From Chrysomallon squamiferum (lineage: Eukaryota > Animalia > Mollusca), in assembly GCA_012295275.1 (NCBI GenBank), contig CM022673.1:12648001-12712000 (forward strand): a DNA stretch of 64,000 nucleotides, read 5' to 3'. A program made the position numbers and the translations under genes. Under the pieces are notes generated by a model. It ran no database searches. It worked only from the letters and a program-made list of their open reading frames with translations, and was not told the DNA's origin. This document shows, in pieces, positions 12,465 through 25,132 of this stretch (positions are counted from its first letter, which is position 1; each line of letters opens with the position of its first letter).

Positions 12465-15400
12465 GAAAACTGCATTTCACTGCAGTTATTCAAATGATAA
12501 ATTTCTTGATATGAGCACATAAGAAATCCAGACATAAAAGAAAGCTTTCCCATTGTTAATATAGCTTTTATTAATTATATTTAATATTTTATTTTATTTA
12601 TTTATTTATTTATTATTTTTTTTGAAAGAATGTTAATGAAATAACATTCTGGTGTATTCGTTATTTAACATCTGTTCAAATATCGGTGTATCTGATTAAA
12701 AGTAGCTGCTTTGCATACCCTACCCAGTGCAATATTCACAACTCAATTAAATTTCAAATATCTAACAGCCAGTTTTTCCTCTGTGTGAACAGTTTTATCT
12801 GCTGGTAAAATTTAATTCTTGACTTCATCTTTTTCGTTTGAGACTGAACTTGACATTCTTAAAGAATGAAAAAACTAAAAAGTTATTTTTTTTTTTTTTT
12901 TTTTTTCGTTTTCAAATTTTTTTTTTTTTTTTTTTTTTTTCAAATTTTTTTTTTTACAAGACATTTAATTAATAGATATGTCTACTCTCCACCATTTTTA
13001 TTATAATTAATAAAGATAATATTATGAATTTAAAAAAAATCAAATAAATAAAAATAACATCCCAAATAAGTAAATATTGCTTGAATAAATATGGAATATT
13101 GGCTAAACTTTTAGTATTAACCATGACATAATTATTCATATGTGAAAACAGTGCCAAACAGATCCACCTTTTTTTCTGTGTGTGTACATGTTTCAAACAT
13201 ACAGAAATATCTATCCATTACAGATTTACAGATTGATTTTTTTCTTATTTTTATTTATTTCTTTTATTTTTTATAAATTTTTCTTCATTCTTTCTTACTT
13301 TTCTTTTTTTTTTTTTCTTTTTTTTTAAATCATTTTCCTCAACATTTGATTTCAGCCATCTACTGTTAACATCTCAGAATTTGTATACTTCATAAGACTT
13401 TAAAATACATTTATATATTTATCTGTTTATTGATATACAAGTTGAACCTGGATCTACAATGTGAGTTCAAAGCAACTGTTTATTATCCTATGGATAAAAA
13501 TTTTTAAAAATTCTCAAGTTTTCTGAAGTTTATAACTGGATGTCGTAGAGTTTTGTCTTTACCTGTATATTTTAATTAATATTTTGTTTAAACCTTCATA
13601 ATAAACAGTTGTAATTTGTTATTTACATATAAATTGGCTCTGTGTGTGTGTGTGTGTGTTATGCATTTAATTACCAGACATCGTAAAGGTTTTGTGTTTT
13701 AATTTTTTTTTTAAAGTTTCTAAAAACAATCACATTTTTCCAGGTGACTTAATCAGCTCGATGCATTTAATAAATTAGTGTTGTCGTTTTTTTTGTAATG
13801 GTGTGTTAATTAACTTTTCATAATTATTTTATTTTAACTGTTGATTGTTTCCTTTTAAAGAAACGTTGTTTCAACATTTATTGACCCATTGCATGTGGTA
13901 AAACTGTTTTTGTTGGATTTTTTTATTCATAGCCTTTGATTGAAATAACTTCTGAAGATGGACTATATCATTATGAGTGGTGGAAATATGTATATTCTTT
14001 ATTTCTTAAATCATATACATTTTTTCAAGATGATTTTTATTAATTTGTTACTTGTGATAAAAAGATGTGTGTTTTAATTTGTTATTAAAATAATATGAGA
14101 AAAATGTGTGGCAGATTTGTGTCTGTAATTTAATTTCTTATTCAAAAGAAAAAAAACTATATATTAATTTATATTTCTTATTAAAACAAATAAACACTGG
14201 TGAATTGATTTGTTTTGTGTCTTGTAGAATATTTTATATTTTTCATTCAGATTACAAATACATTTTTCAAAATTATTTAATCTGTTGTGTACGGTAGAAA
14301 AATGTATATTCTTATTTCTATTTATAAACAAAATAAACTGTTTTCCAAATGAATAACTGTATTTGTTTTTTAACTTCTTACTTGAAAATCCATGAAGTCA
14401 CATTTGGATAAAAAAATTTATGCAGGTATTTTCAATTTTTCAGGTGATTGCAAACAAATCAATACAATTTTAACATTTTAAATATTAAAATAAATTATTC
14501 ATCACACACACACACATATATATATATATTGTTCTGTACCTAAGGTGAACAGTCCCCCAGTAACTCATTTTCAAGTGTGAGTTTCCCATATTAGCCACAC
14601 TGAGGTGGGGGTGTCATCCTCACCAGGTGACTCATTGTCGCTGCATTTTAGGTACAATCTTTTTTTAATACTTTATTTAAATTAATTATGAAATATTTTT
14701 CTTAAAGAATAATTGGTGAGGAATGATACCTATCAAAATTTTGCTCAAAGTATATGACATAGAAAGTATTTTGAAATACTTTAAAATTTGTATTAGTTTA
14801 TTCATTTTATTTGCATTTATTTAATTAGTAATTTTTATTTATTTGCTTTTCTATCAATTTTCGTGTCATTTACAAATAACTATTAAGTATTTAATGTTAC
14901 ATAATAAATACATTTTAGCTGAAAGATTTATATATGCATCTTATTTATTTATGTCAAGAAATTATATAATTAAAATTAATGTCGATTTTTTTTATTTTAA
15001 ACTTTTGTTCTTTTATTTCTTTTTTATTTAGCTTTTATTTTTATTTTTATTTTTTATTTTTTTATTTTTTTTTGGGGGGGTCACTTAATTACTTATTAAT
15101 TTATTTATAATTATGCATTTCTTCTTTACTTTCATATTTCTTACTTTAAAAAATATGACAGAAAATTAAATGAAAAATACATTTACTTATTTACTTAGTG
15201 AACCACTAAGATTACTTATTAAATAATTTAAAAGTATCCTAAATTATGAATAAAATAAACGTTATTTAATCTGTGAATTCAATATACACAAAAACATATT
15301 TCTTCAACGTCATAAAATAGAAGTACATTTCTTGTGTCATATACAATGGCTAGATTTAGAAGTGTCGGCCTAAAAAAAATAAATAAATAAATAAAATAAA

Positions 15401-16109
15401 ATAATTTAGACGCAGATTTATATGGTTCATAAAATATAAAAAATCGGAATTATAACGATAATAAATAAATAAGCCAAGTTTCATAAAAGAATCCTAGATG
15501 CCAATTTCGAAATATTAAAAAACGACTTTTGAACCTTTAACACAGAGTTGAGGTTGGGGCAGGGACAGTCAGAGAAAGTTACACTTTATTTATTTTTCTA
15601 CATTCACACACTTCACAAAACGCTAAATAAACGTTATATATTATCAATAAAACAAATATTATAAACATTAACACCTAAAAGAATATATTAAGTTTCGTTT
15701 TAAAATATATATATGTATGTGTAAGAAAGTGTTTACGGTAATTAATAATAATCAAATAATGGACATATATATATATATATATATATAAGCATTAACACCT
15801 AAAAGAATATATTAACATCGTTTTAATATATATTAAAACATATATATATATATATATATAAATATATATAAAACTTAATATTATTAATTACTATAATACT
15901 TCCACACTTTCTTACACATATATACACCCACTCATCCTTTCACATTCGCTTTCATACTGCAACACACATACCAACACACAATCACACTCTTTTCACACTC
16001 ATGTATATACCCATCCTCTCTCTAATATATAGTCCCACACTTTCTTACACATACACACGTATATAGCCACTCCTCCTTTAACATTCGCATATATATACCT
16101 GCTTTCTGC

Positions 16110-16152
<43 letters not shown>

Positions 16153-16677
16153 CATATTCACACATGTACACTCTTAAATACCCACTTTTCACATTCACAC
16201 AATTTCAAATAAAACGTATGTCTAAAAAACAAAGGGAGATAAGTATGGAACGTATCGAGAAAGAAAGAAAAATATACAAAATTAAGGGTGAATTTTTGTT
16301 TTAGTGAAACATGCTTAGAGTTACACGCACGCACGCACACATTCACACTCTGACTCCCATACACACATCGCCCCAGACACGCAAACACACACACATCGTC
16401 TTCCTTTTTATTTTTATCAAAAGCGTTTCGTGAAAATATGCTTGTCGAAGAATATTATTTAAAATTTAAATCTCATAATATAGTAAACAGTCTGACAGAT
16501 CCAGCAATTTCAGTTTATATTTTTTGTATATAAAGAAGTGTAACTCACAGATGTTTTTATTTTCCCGGGGTAAAATACTCTACCATGCCCGAATCGCAAC
16601 TATGTGTTTGTTGTCAACGATGTCAATTGTTGACGTCACATTTAGTTCTCGAAATGATGACGTCACAAAGTTTTTTA

Positions 16678-16697
16678 TTAGTAGTAGTAGTAATAGC

Positions 16698-16740
<43 letters not shown>

Positions 16741-16741
16741 T
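16678..16741. repeat. (AGT)n microsatellite
   Basis: AGT run immediately left of the Tigger-like MITE. Confidence 0.9.
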
Positions 16742-16753
16742 ATTAAATTAATG

Positions 16754-17085
16754 CGGGTATCAAACCAATTATCCGGACTCCTTGGGGCCTGAGGCATTCC
16801 AGATTTCTGGATTTTCCGGTTTTCTGGTACCACGGCATCTAAATACGTAAATAATTTGGCATAAACATTTTAAAATTAAAAAAACATAAAGAAAATTGAC
16901 GATCACAACTGTGGCGACTTGACACGTAAACGTAGTGAATGAACACCACGCGGCTTGAAAGAGTAGTTCCGGTCTGGTGAGGACAACACCCACATGCGCA
17001 AACTATGAAAATAGCGTCGGGAAAAAACTTCCGGTTTTCTGGTCTTTCTGGATTTCAGGACGCCGGATAATTGGTCCGGTACCTG
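16754..17085. mobile_element. Non-autonomous Tc1/mariner-superfamily (pogo/Tigger-like) MITE
   Basis: Terminal inverted repeats of about 28 bp: left CGGGTATCAAACCAATTATCCGGACTCC versus reverse complement of the right end CAGGTACCGGACCAATTATCCGGCGTCC. Flanks are TG and TA (degenerate TA duplication). Repeated subterminal TTTCTGGA/TTTCCGGT motifs at both ends. Confidence 0.75.
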
Positions 17086-20000
17086 TACGTGATAAATTAT
17101 GAATTGGAAAACAATAAATTCATGAATAAATTGAGAAAGAATAAAAATAAAAGTTTGTTTGTATGTTTATTTTCATGTTTTGATCATTTAACTTTTCAGG
17201 GGTATCCACCAAAATTGCGCCATACCTGAAAAATTAATCAGCCAATGAATATTTTAATTTTAGATAAAAGGTTAAAAATAACCTTTCCGATAAAGGACTC
17301 GAAATAAACACGAGTCACTAAAATATTCGCAAATGAGTGGAAAACGTCTTCCGGTGAATATTTAGAAATATCCGTATCCTTCAACAATATTGAAACGATG
17401 ATGAACCAAAATCACGTGAGCGACATTAACATCAAACAAATAAAAAAAAAAAAAAAAAAAATTAAATTAGAAAAAAATAAAAAGATAAATACTGCATAAG
17501 GCTAAATGATGAAAACGTCTGAAACATTACAACCGAAGTACCTCTGAAACCACACGTACGTCGACGTGACCAAGCATACTGAAAGGTGTAAACATTAAAT
17601 GTCATGATGAAATTGTTGGCTGCAACACACCAAACTATGACTGTGCCTGAAAAGTCATGAGACGAAAACCCTCTGCAACCAGACACATACAGTTTTGACC
17701 CAAAGCAGAAGTCAAGATTGACAAGAGGACATACTAGTCTCTAATGTCAAAAAGTTTTAATAAATAAATAAATAAATATTAAAAAATTTACAACCGTCTG
17801 ACAAATAAAGCTGTTTCCTCTTAGTTTGTAGCTTCGAACTTAAACAACCAGACAGTACAAATTAGTCCCAAAATTGACAAACAATAATACTAATAGAACA
17901 AGGGCGATAAATGTAATTGTGTAATTTGAGAAATGGTACATAATCTAAAATATGCAGACTGAGTAAGGGAGTTAAGAAATGCCGCAGTTAAAGAAAATTA
18001 TTACAGTGTGCAATTGAGGAAGGGAGATAACTGCAGTTAAAATTACTTCTGAATACAATAAATGAAAACGAGCACAAATAACGTATTTATAAGAATATTT
18101 TATTAAAAGAATAAAAATAACATTTCAGATTAAATATTAAATTTACTAATGCTATTGTCTGGCAGGCTCTGGATGTGTTTGGCTTTTTTTTTTTTTTATA
18201 AGTAACCAATAACATTTTGAGCTGATCTAAAGCATTTTTATTCTGATCAAAAAGAAATTAAATGTAAACATCATAATCTACAGCTAATCATTACAAAGAA
18301 AGATTACTCATAAAATATGTAAAAAAATAATAACCATATCCTGAATAATTTGTAACGAAATTATAAAAAGTTTACATGCTAAATTATTATTGCAGGATAA
18401 AGACAAAACCAAAGCTTCTTCAAGGCTATGACCAATATTAACGTAATAACCATTTAAAATTCTATAAACAAATTTTTTATTGGTAATTTAAAATATATAT
18501 ATATTTGATGTAATAAGATAAGAAAAAAATATAATAATTGTATTTTATTGAAGTCATTAAAAGAACCTTAACTGTGTCTTGTAAAAGACAAATTACAATT
18601 ATAAATTTAATTTTAAAAATGAACACAACTTAATATTAATCTTTTTGTGTCTTTAAATATTTATTCATTTCATAATCCTAAGTGTTAAATATGCATATAT
18701 TCCAATATAAAAACATTTAGCTTTAAAACTTTATATGTCTAATGCAAAGCACATCAAAACAGCTGATACACTACAAATGAGCTACTTGTGGAAATATGTA
18801 AACCTTAATTAAAATACTAGATTAATGTTTTTTTTTTTTTTTTTCATTTATTATTAATATTATTAATTTTTTGAAATATTAAAAACCTATATCAAGAGAA
18901 CAAAAATATGTAAAGGTTTGCTGAACAATTACATTTCAAAAATGGACCAGCATCAGATAAGTGTGTTGTAAAGCAGAAATTTCTGTTTTTAAACTGATTT
19001 ATTTATTTTTATATCTTTGTTACATTAACATGCATATCAACTGTACATATTATACATTACATTCTGTGGAGAAATAAAAACTAAATGTATTTTGAAAACC
19101 CTAAAAACGTTCATGTGAGAAATAATTAATATTAAAGAAATGAGATTCAAGGTAAAATGAGACGATGATAAAAAAAAAAAAATTTAAAATTATAAAACAT
19201 CATAGTAAAATTAATATTAATTAAGAAAACCTAAGTATTTGCAAATCTCAATTATAACTCCAGAATCTGCTTGACAAAATAATTCTGTATAGAGAATGAA
19301 CAAAAACAACAAAAAGAAATGTAATTAACAAATACTATCGATAAAATAACAATACAAAGAAAAATCTTTACGTCAGCTTATAAGTCTGTGCGTAGATCGG
19401 TGTAATAACATTTTTTTAAATCAAAATTGTGTTTTTGGCAGGATTTACTGAACATTCCTATATAAAACACTGGCACAACAACATCAGTACTAAAAATATT
19501 TAAGCAAAATTAACATCTCAGTATTATGCTGACTAGATGCACACACACACATGCACGCACACATGCACACACACACACTCACACACACACACAGACATAT
19601 ATATTAATGTATGTGGTCTCTCTCTGACAGAATTAACCTAAATATCAAGAAAACACAATTCTGTGGTTCTACAAAGATTTTTAAAATGAAACTCCATGTG
19701 GTTATTACTTTACAAATTTCTACATTCTACTTTAGACAATTAATAACAACAAATGAATTCAATCCCAAAACCACAAAATGAGATTCTGTAAGTAAACTTC
19801 AGAAAATGACTTATTTCTAAAAGATTAAAGAATATGCATGTAGAATGATTATAAAAAGTTATGTGAAACCAATCAGAGTTTTACTAACAGTTCAAATAAT
19901 AAAGCATAAGGATCTTCACATTAAATATCTTAGTTCACATCATTTCAAAGATATATTATTGATAAACATTTAATGCATGAAACAAAAAATTTATATATTA

Positions 20001-20985
20001 TTATAATGAAAGAGACAAAAAATTATAAATTAATGAACACATATCCCATGTAATTAATGAAAAGTATTAAATGTAGTAAACAAACCATGAGTAAAAAACT
20101 TTGCTAAATAAAATTATTCATCATTGAGCAAATGTTCTATTTAAATCTCTCACTATTCTAACGGGATAAGAATTCTGTAAAATATTGACATCGGTAGTAG
20201 AAAACTTTCTTTATTTTTAATTCATGCTTTGAAATCTTTTAACTGCCAGAATATAGGACTTAAAACAACATAAAATACTAATTAAAGAGTTATTTAAATA
20301 AAAATTTAAAGGTTTTAAAATAGAAAGGTTGATATTAAAATAAAATAAAAATATTAAAAATACTAAAAAAACAATTTGAAAATTTTTCTGTTCATGTGAT
20401 AAAATATAAATTTATCCAGCTGAAAATTAAAACTTGGAAAAGATAATGGCTTTTGTCAGATAAAATATATGACTGTTAATTTGTTTAATCACTTAATGCT
20501 GTTCGCATCATATTATCTATTTAACACATTTATTTTCTGCTTACACAAAAATAAAATCAACTTATTTTATCTGAAGAAAAAAAAAAAAAAAAAAAAAAAA
20601 TAAATATTCTGTACAAACCTATCCTTCTGACATGTTAATTAATAAACATTTAACACATATAGCAAAACAAATTAATATATTATTATAATGAAAGAGACTA
20701 AAAATTAAAAATTAATGAACACATGTAATTACTTGAAGAGAGGTTTGGAGATCTTGACAACCTGATCTATATTGCTACTAAAATAAAAATTCAAATTTAA
20801 AATTAATGCTGATGTGAAAAAGTAGATGAGTTGGGTTGTTTTCATCTGTTAGGCACTTTTAAAGAGGTTAAAGAAAACATTTATTATTTGCAGGTTTGTC
20901 AAGATCTCCTACATGAACTCATCTGAGTTATAGTGGCACTAAATACTATCAAAGTAGTTATTTTCTGTTGTCTTTTTTATCTTTC

Positions 20986-21138
<153 letters not shown>

Positions 21139-21481
21139 TAACTGATCTATTTTCTAAGCCAAAGCAAAAAAAAAAAAAAAATTGGTTGTTATATAAACGT
21201 ACAAAATAAAAGGTAGCTTGGGGTGGTACTTTTTTTTTTTTAAATGCCACAAAAATTCATTAGCAATATATTTTAACAATACATTTTTAAAAATTAAATT
21301 CTACAAATATTTTCATTTTGTCAATTGATTTTAAATGTTAATTTAAATTTATAATTACTTGTTTTTAAATATGTCAGTTTTATTTATTTATAATTCTCTT
21401 TTTTTTGTCTCTTGTTTAATTTTATTTTTTTTATTTTTTTTTGAATGAGTTCATTTTATAATATTTTTCACATTCTTTATT

Positions 21482-23239
21482 TTAATGATAACAATTTGTT
21501 AGATGCCTCACTGAGCCATTTCGTACAATGTTTCGTGGTTTAGAGGTGATGGTAAAGAAAAATATATTAAGAAAACTGCATATCTCCACACTCATATGAT
21601 ACGAGTACCAGAGAAAATCAAGAATCACCATTATCTGAAAAGTTAAAAAAACAAAAAAACATTTGTGAACAAGAATTAAACAATTTACTGCTACTAAAAA
21701 CAATTATTTAAAAATAGTGACATGTTAGACTTAAAATATTAAATATATTGTAAATACTGGCAGGAAACAAGGAATAAGCAATGTTTTTCTATGACTGAAA
21801 ACAAAGGTAATGTAATGTAGGCCTGGTGCAGGAGCTAAGGAATTCTCTCTTGTTGAGGATGTCAGTGATAAAGGAATGCTCTGTCTGGTTAGGAGACAGG
21901 CATAGTGGAATGTTCAGAGGCAGGAGGCAAGGAATAAAGGAATGCTTTCCTAGAGGAGACAAGGATATGGATTGCTCTGTCTGGTTTTCCTAGAGCATGA
22001 GGCAAGGATATGGAATGCTTTTATGTGGCAGGAGGCAAGGAATAAAGGAATGCTTTCCTATAGTGTGAGATAAGGATATGGAATGCTCTTATGTGGCAGG
22101 AGGCAAGGAATAAAGGAATGCTTTCCTATAGTGTGAGACAAGGATATGGAATGCTCTTATGTGGCAGGAGGCAAGGAATAAAGGAATGCTTTCCTATAGC
22201 ATGTGGCAAGGATATGGAATGCTCTTATGTGGCGGGAGGCAAGGAATAAAGGAATGCTTTCCTATAGTGTGAGACAAGGATATGGAATGCTCTTATGTGG
22301 CAGGAGGCAAGGAATAAAGGAATGCTTTCCTACAGCAGCATATGAGGGGTAATGAAATGCTCTCCTGACAATGAAATTCTTTATTAATAATGTGACTGAG
22401 GAATTTTGTTTTAAGAAACATCTTTATTACTCACAAAACAGATCCAAAGCATTATGTACTCATGTATGATGCAGTGAAAGTACTGGTTGACAAACATCAA
22501 ACCAGGTCCTATCAGACCTGAACATAGCAGATTCATCTCACTCTTTGTCAAGTTAGCCACCTGAAACACACACACAATAAATAAACATAGGATTAACATA
22601 AAAATAAATTAGTAAATTAATGAAGTGAATAAACAAATGAATAAAGTAAATAAACAAAACAATGAAGTAAATTAACAAATGAAATGAATAAACAACAGAA
22701 TGAAGTGTTTGTACAAATGACTAAAGTTAATTAACAAAGGAATAAAATAACTTGATAATTAATTAACTGAATTAACAAATATAGAGAATAAACAAATGAA
22801 GTGAATTAACAAATCAATGAAGTAAGTAAATGAACAAAGAATACACAATACATATGTACATCTGCATGCACACAAACAAATACACACACAAAATAAAAAG
22901 AAGTCCCTCTATGTCCAAGTGGATAGCAATACAAGCTCTTCCAACTGCTATTATCAGTAAATATTTATATTTATTAATTTCTTTAATATTCTTTTACCTA
23001 TCCAGTTTGAATTATAGGTTCTTAATGAAACAATAAAAAATAAAACAAACTTACCATGAGTCTGATTGTGATCTTGGAGACTAGAACAGTGAAACAAGAG
23101 AAATACAGACAGGCATGTTTCTCCTGAACTCGATAAGGTGACATAACTTGTAATGTGACCAACAAACCCAGAGCTAGGGATACTGGAAACAAGGGAAATA
23201 TGGTACTGGTCCCCTAAAATGAATAAATAACAATAAAAC

Positions 23240-23277
<38 letters not shown>

Positions 23278-24556
23278 TTAATAATAATAATAATAATAAC
23301 AAATAAAAAATTTAAAATAATAATAGAAAACAAATATAACAGTAATGAAAAAAAAATAATAAAAACAACAATAATAATGGTAATATAATTGTGTGTCTGT
23401 GCATGTGTGGAATAAACAAGTGCATGTTTGTATGTGTTTATGTATGTGTGTGTTCATGCATGCATATGTGTGTATGTGTGGGTGGGTCATTCAGTGAATT
23501 TAAAAAATATAATTGAATAAACTTATTTATTTATGAGACACGATGTAAAATAAAATTTGGTCCATAGAGGTCATTGGTCAAAGGTCATATAGGTCATGGT
23601 GAAATATACATACAGCTACAGTAGAACAGTCCTTTCCAACTCCACCTGTGATGAAAATCACATTAAAATTGTTCAGAATTCTAAGAAGTGCAAAGAAAAT
23701 GTACGTATATATTATACAATCTTTTAGCTGTATGCCCAACATTTCCACCTGAAATTAATTGATAAAAATATAATTGTTAAAAGACAATACTAATAATTAA
23801 TAAAAATATAATAATAACAATAATGATGAGTAACAATAATAATAATAAAGGTAGGTTTTCTAGTAAAGACAAAAGCAATATGTGTATGTGTATAAATATA
23901 TATTAAAGAAAAAACAATATATATATACATATTACAGAAAAAAGAAAAAAAGAAGTTCATAATTATGCTGAGTTCCATAAATAATTTTCTAAATTTATTA
24001 TCTGCACTTCAGTGATACAAATATTTGACATAATTTTAAATGTAAAATGTATAATTTTATCTACTTTAACAAGTCATCATATTCTAAAAATACATTACTT
24101 TCCATTAATGAAGTGACATTCTAAACAGTTTCAAGAATTTTATCTGACACATCATGTATTAAATATCTCTTTAAAATAATTGTTTTTAAAGAGATTCCAC
24201 ACCAAACCTAATTTTCATTTCTTAATTCAGTAACATTTCCTCTGTGATTTTTATTATCTATGAATAATCACTTTTATCCATGCCCTACTTGAAAATTATG
24301 TTTTTTTAATTTGCTTACCTGCTTTGCCCAGATGTTTTCTCCTACATATGATGTTACAAAGTGAATACCTATTGCATAAAAATGGCCCTCATTAGAATCA
24401 AATCTGAAAGATACAATATTTATAATAATAATAATAACAATAATATTAATATACATCTTTAATAACAATAATATTGTTAATAAGAAGAACAAGAATGTTT
24501 TATTGTGACAATAATCATTATAATTAAAATATTGGTATTAATAATAATAATAATAA

Positions 24557-24624
<68 letters not shown>

Positions 24625-25100
24625 TAACAACATTATAAATGATAAAAAGAAAAAAATTAAAAATCTTCTGTAATATTAAATTAACTAATAACCAAATAAA
24701 ATATTTTATTAATGACAATAATGAATATAATAATATTAATGGTAATAATAACAATAGATGTAATAATCATAATAACAATAACAATAATGATATTAAGAAC
24801 AATAATTATTAATTATCACATTTAAAATCACATTTATGTCAATATCAACAATATTAATTATGATAATAATAATCAAAACAACAACTTTAATAACAATAAT
24901 TTTAAACAAGAAAAACAGTAATAATAATAATAATGATGATGAAGGGTAGATAACTATGATATTAACAATTATTACAATAAGTATAATATTAATAAAACAA
25001 ATTAAGAATGGTAACAGTAATAATAATAATAATAATATTAACAATAATGATGAGGTGACCATGATAATAATAATTAAAACAACAACTATAATAATAATAA

Positions 25101-25132
<32 letters not shown>

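Noticed and set aside
17505-17582. C/D-box snoRNA (ATGATGA...CTGA)
   Set aside because: No terminal stem, no recognisable rRNA guide and no host intron; both boxes are frequent by chance.
17647-17667. Hammerhead-like core CTGAAAA-GTC-ATGA-GAC-GAAA
   Set aside because: The conserved G of CUGANGA is A without compensation, and stems I and III with an NUH site could not be formed. At best a decayed relic.
21760-22370. CRISPR-like array
   Set aside because: Eukaryotic intron, no unique spacers, no cas genes.
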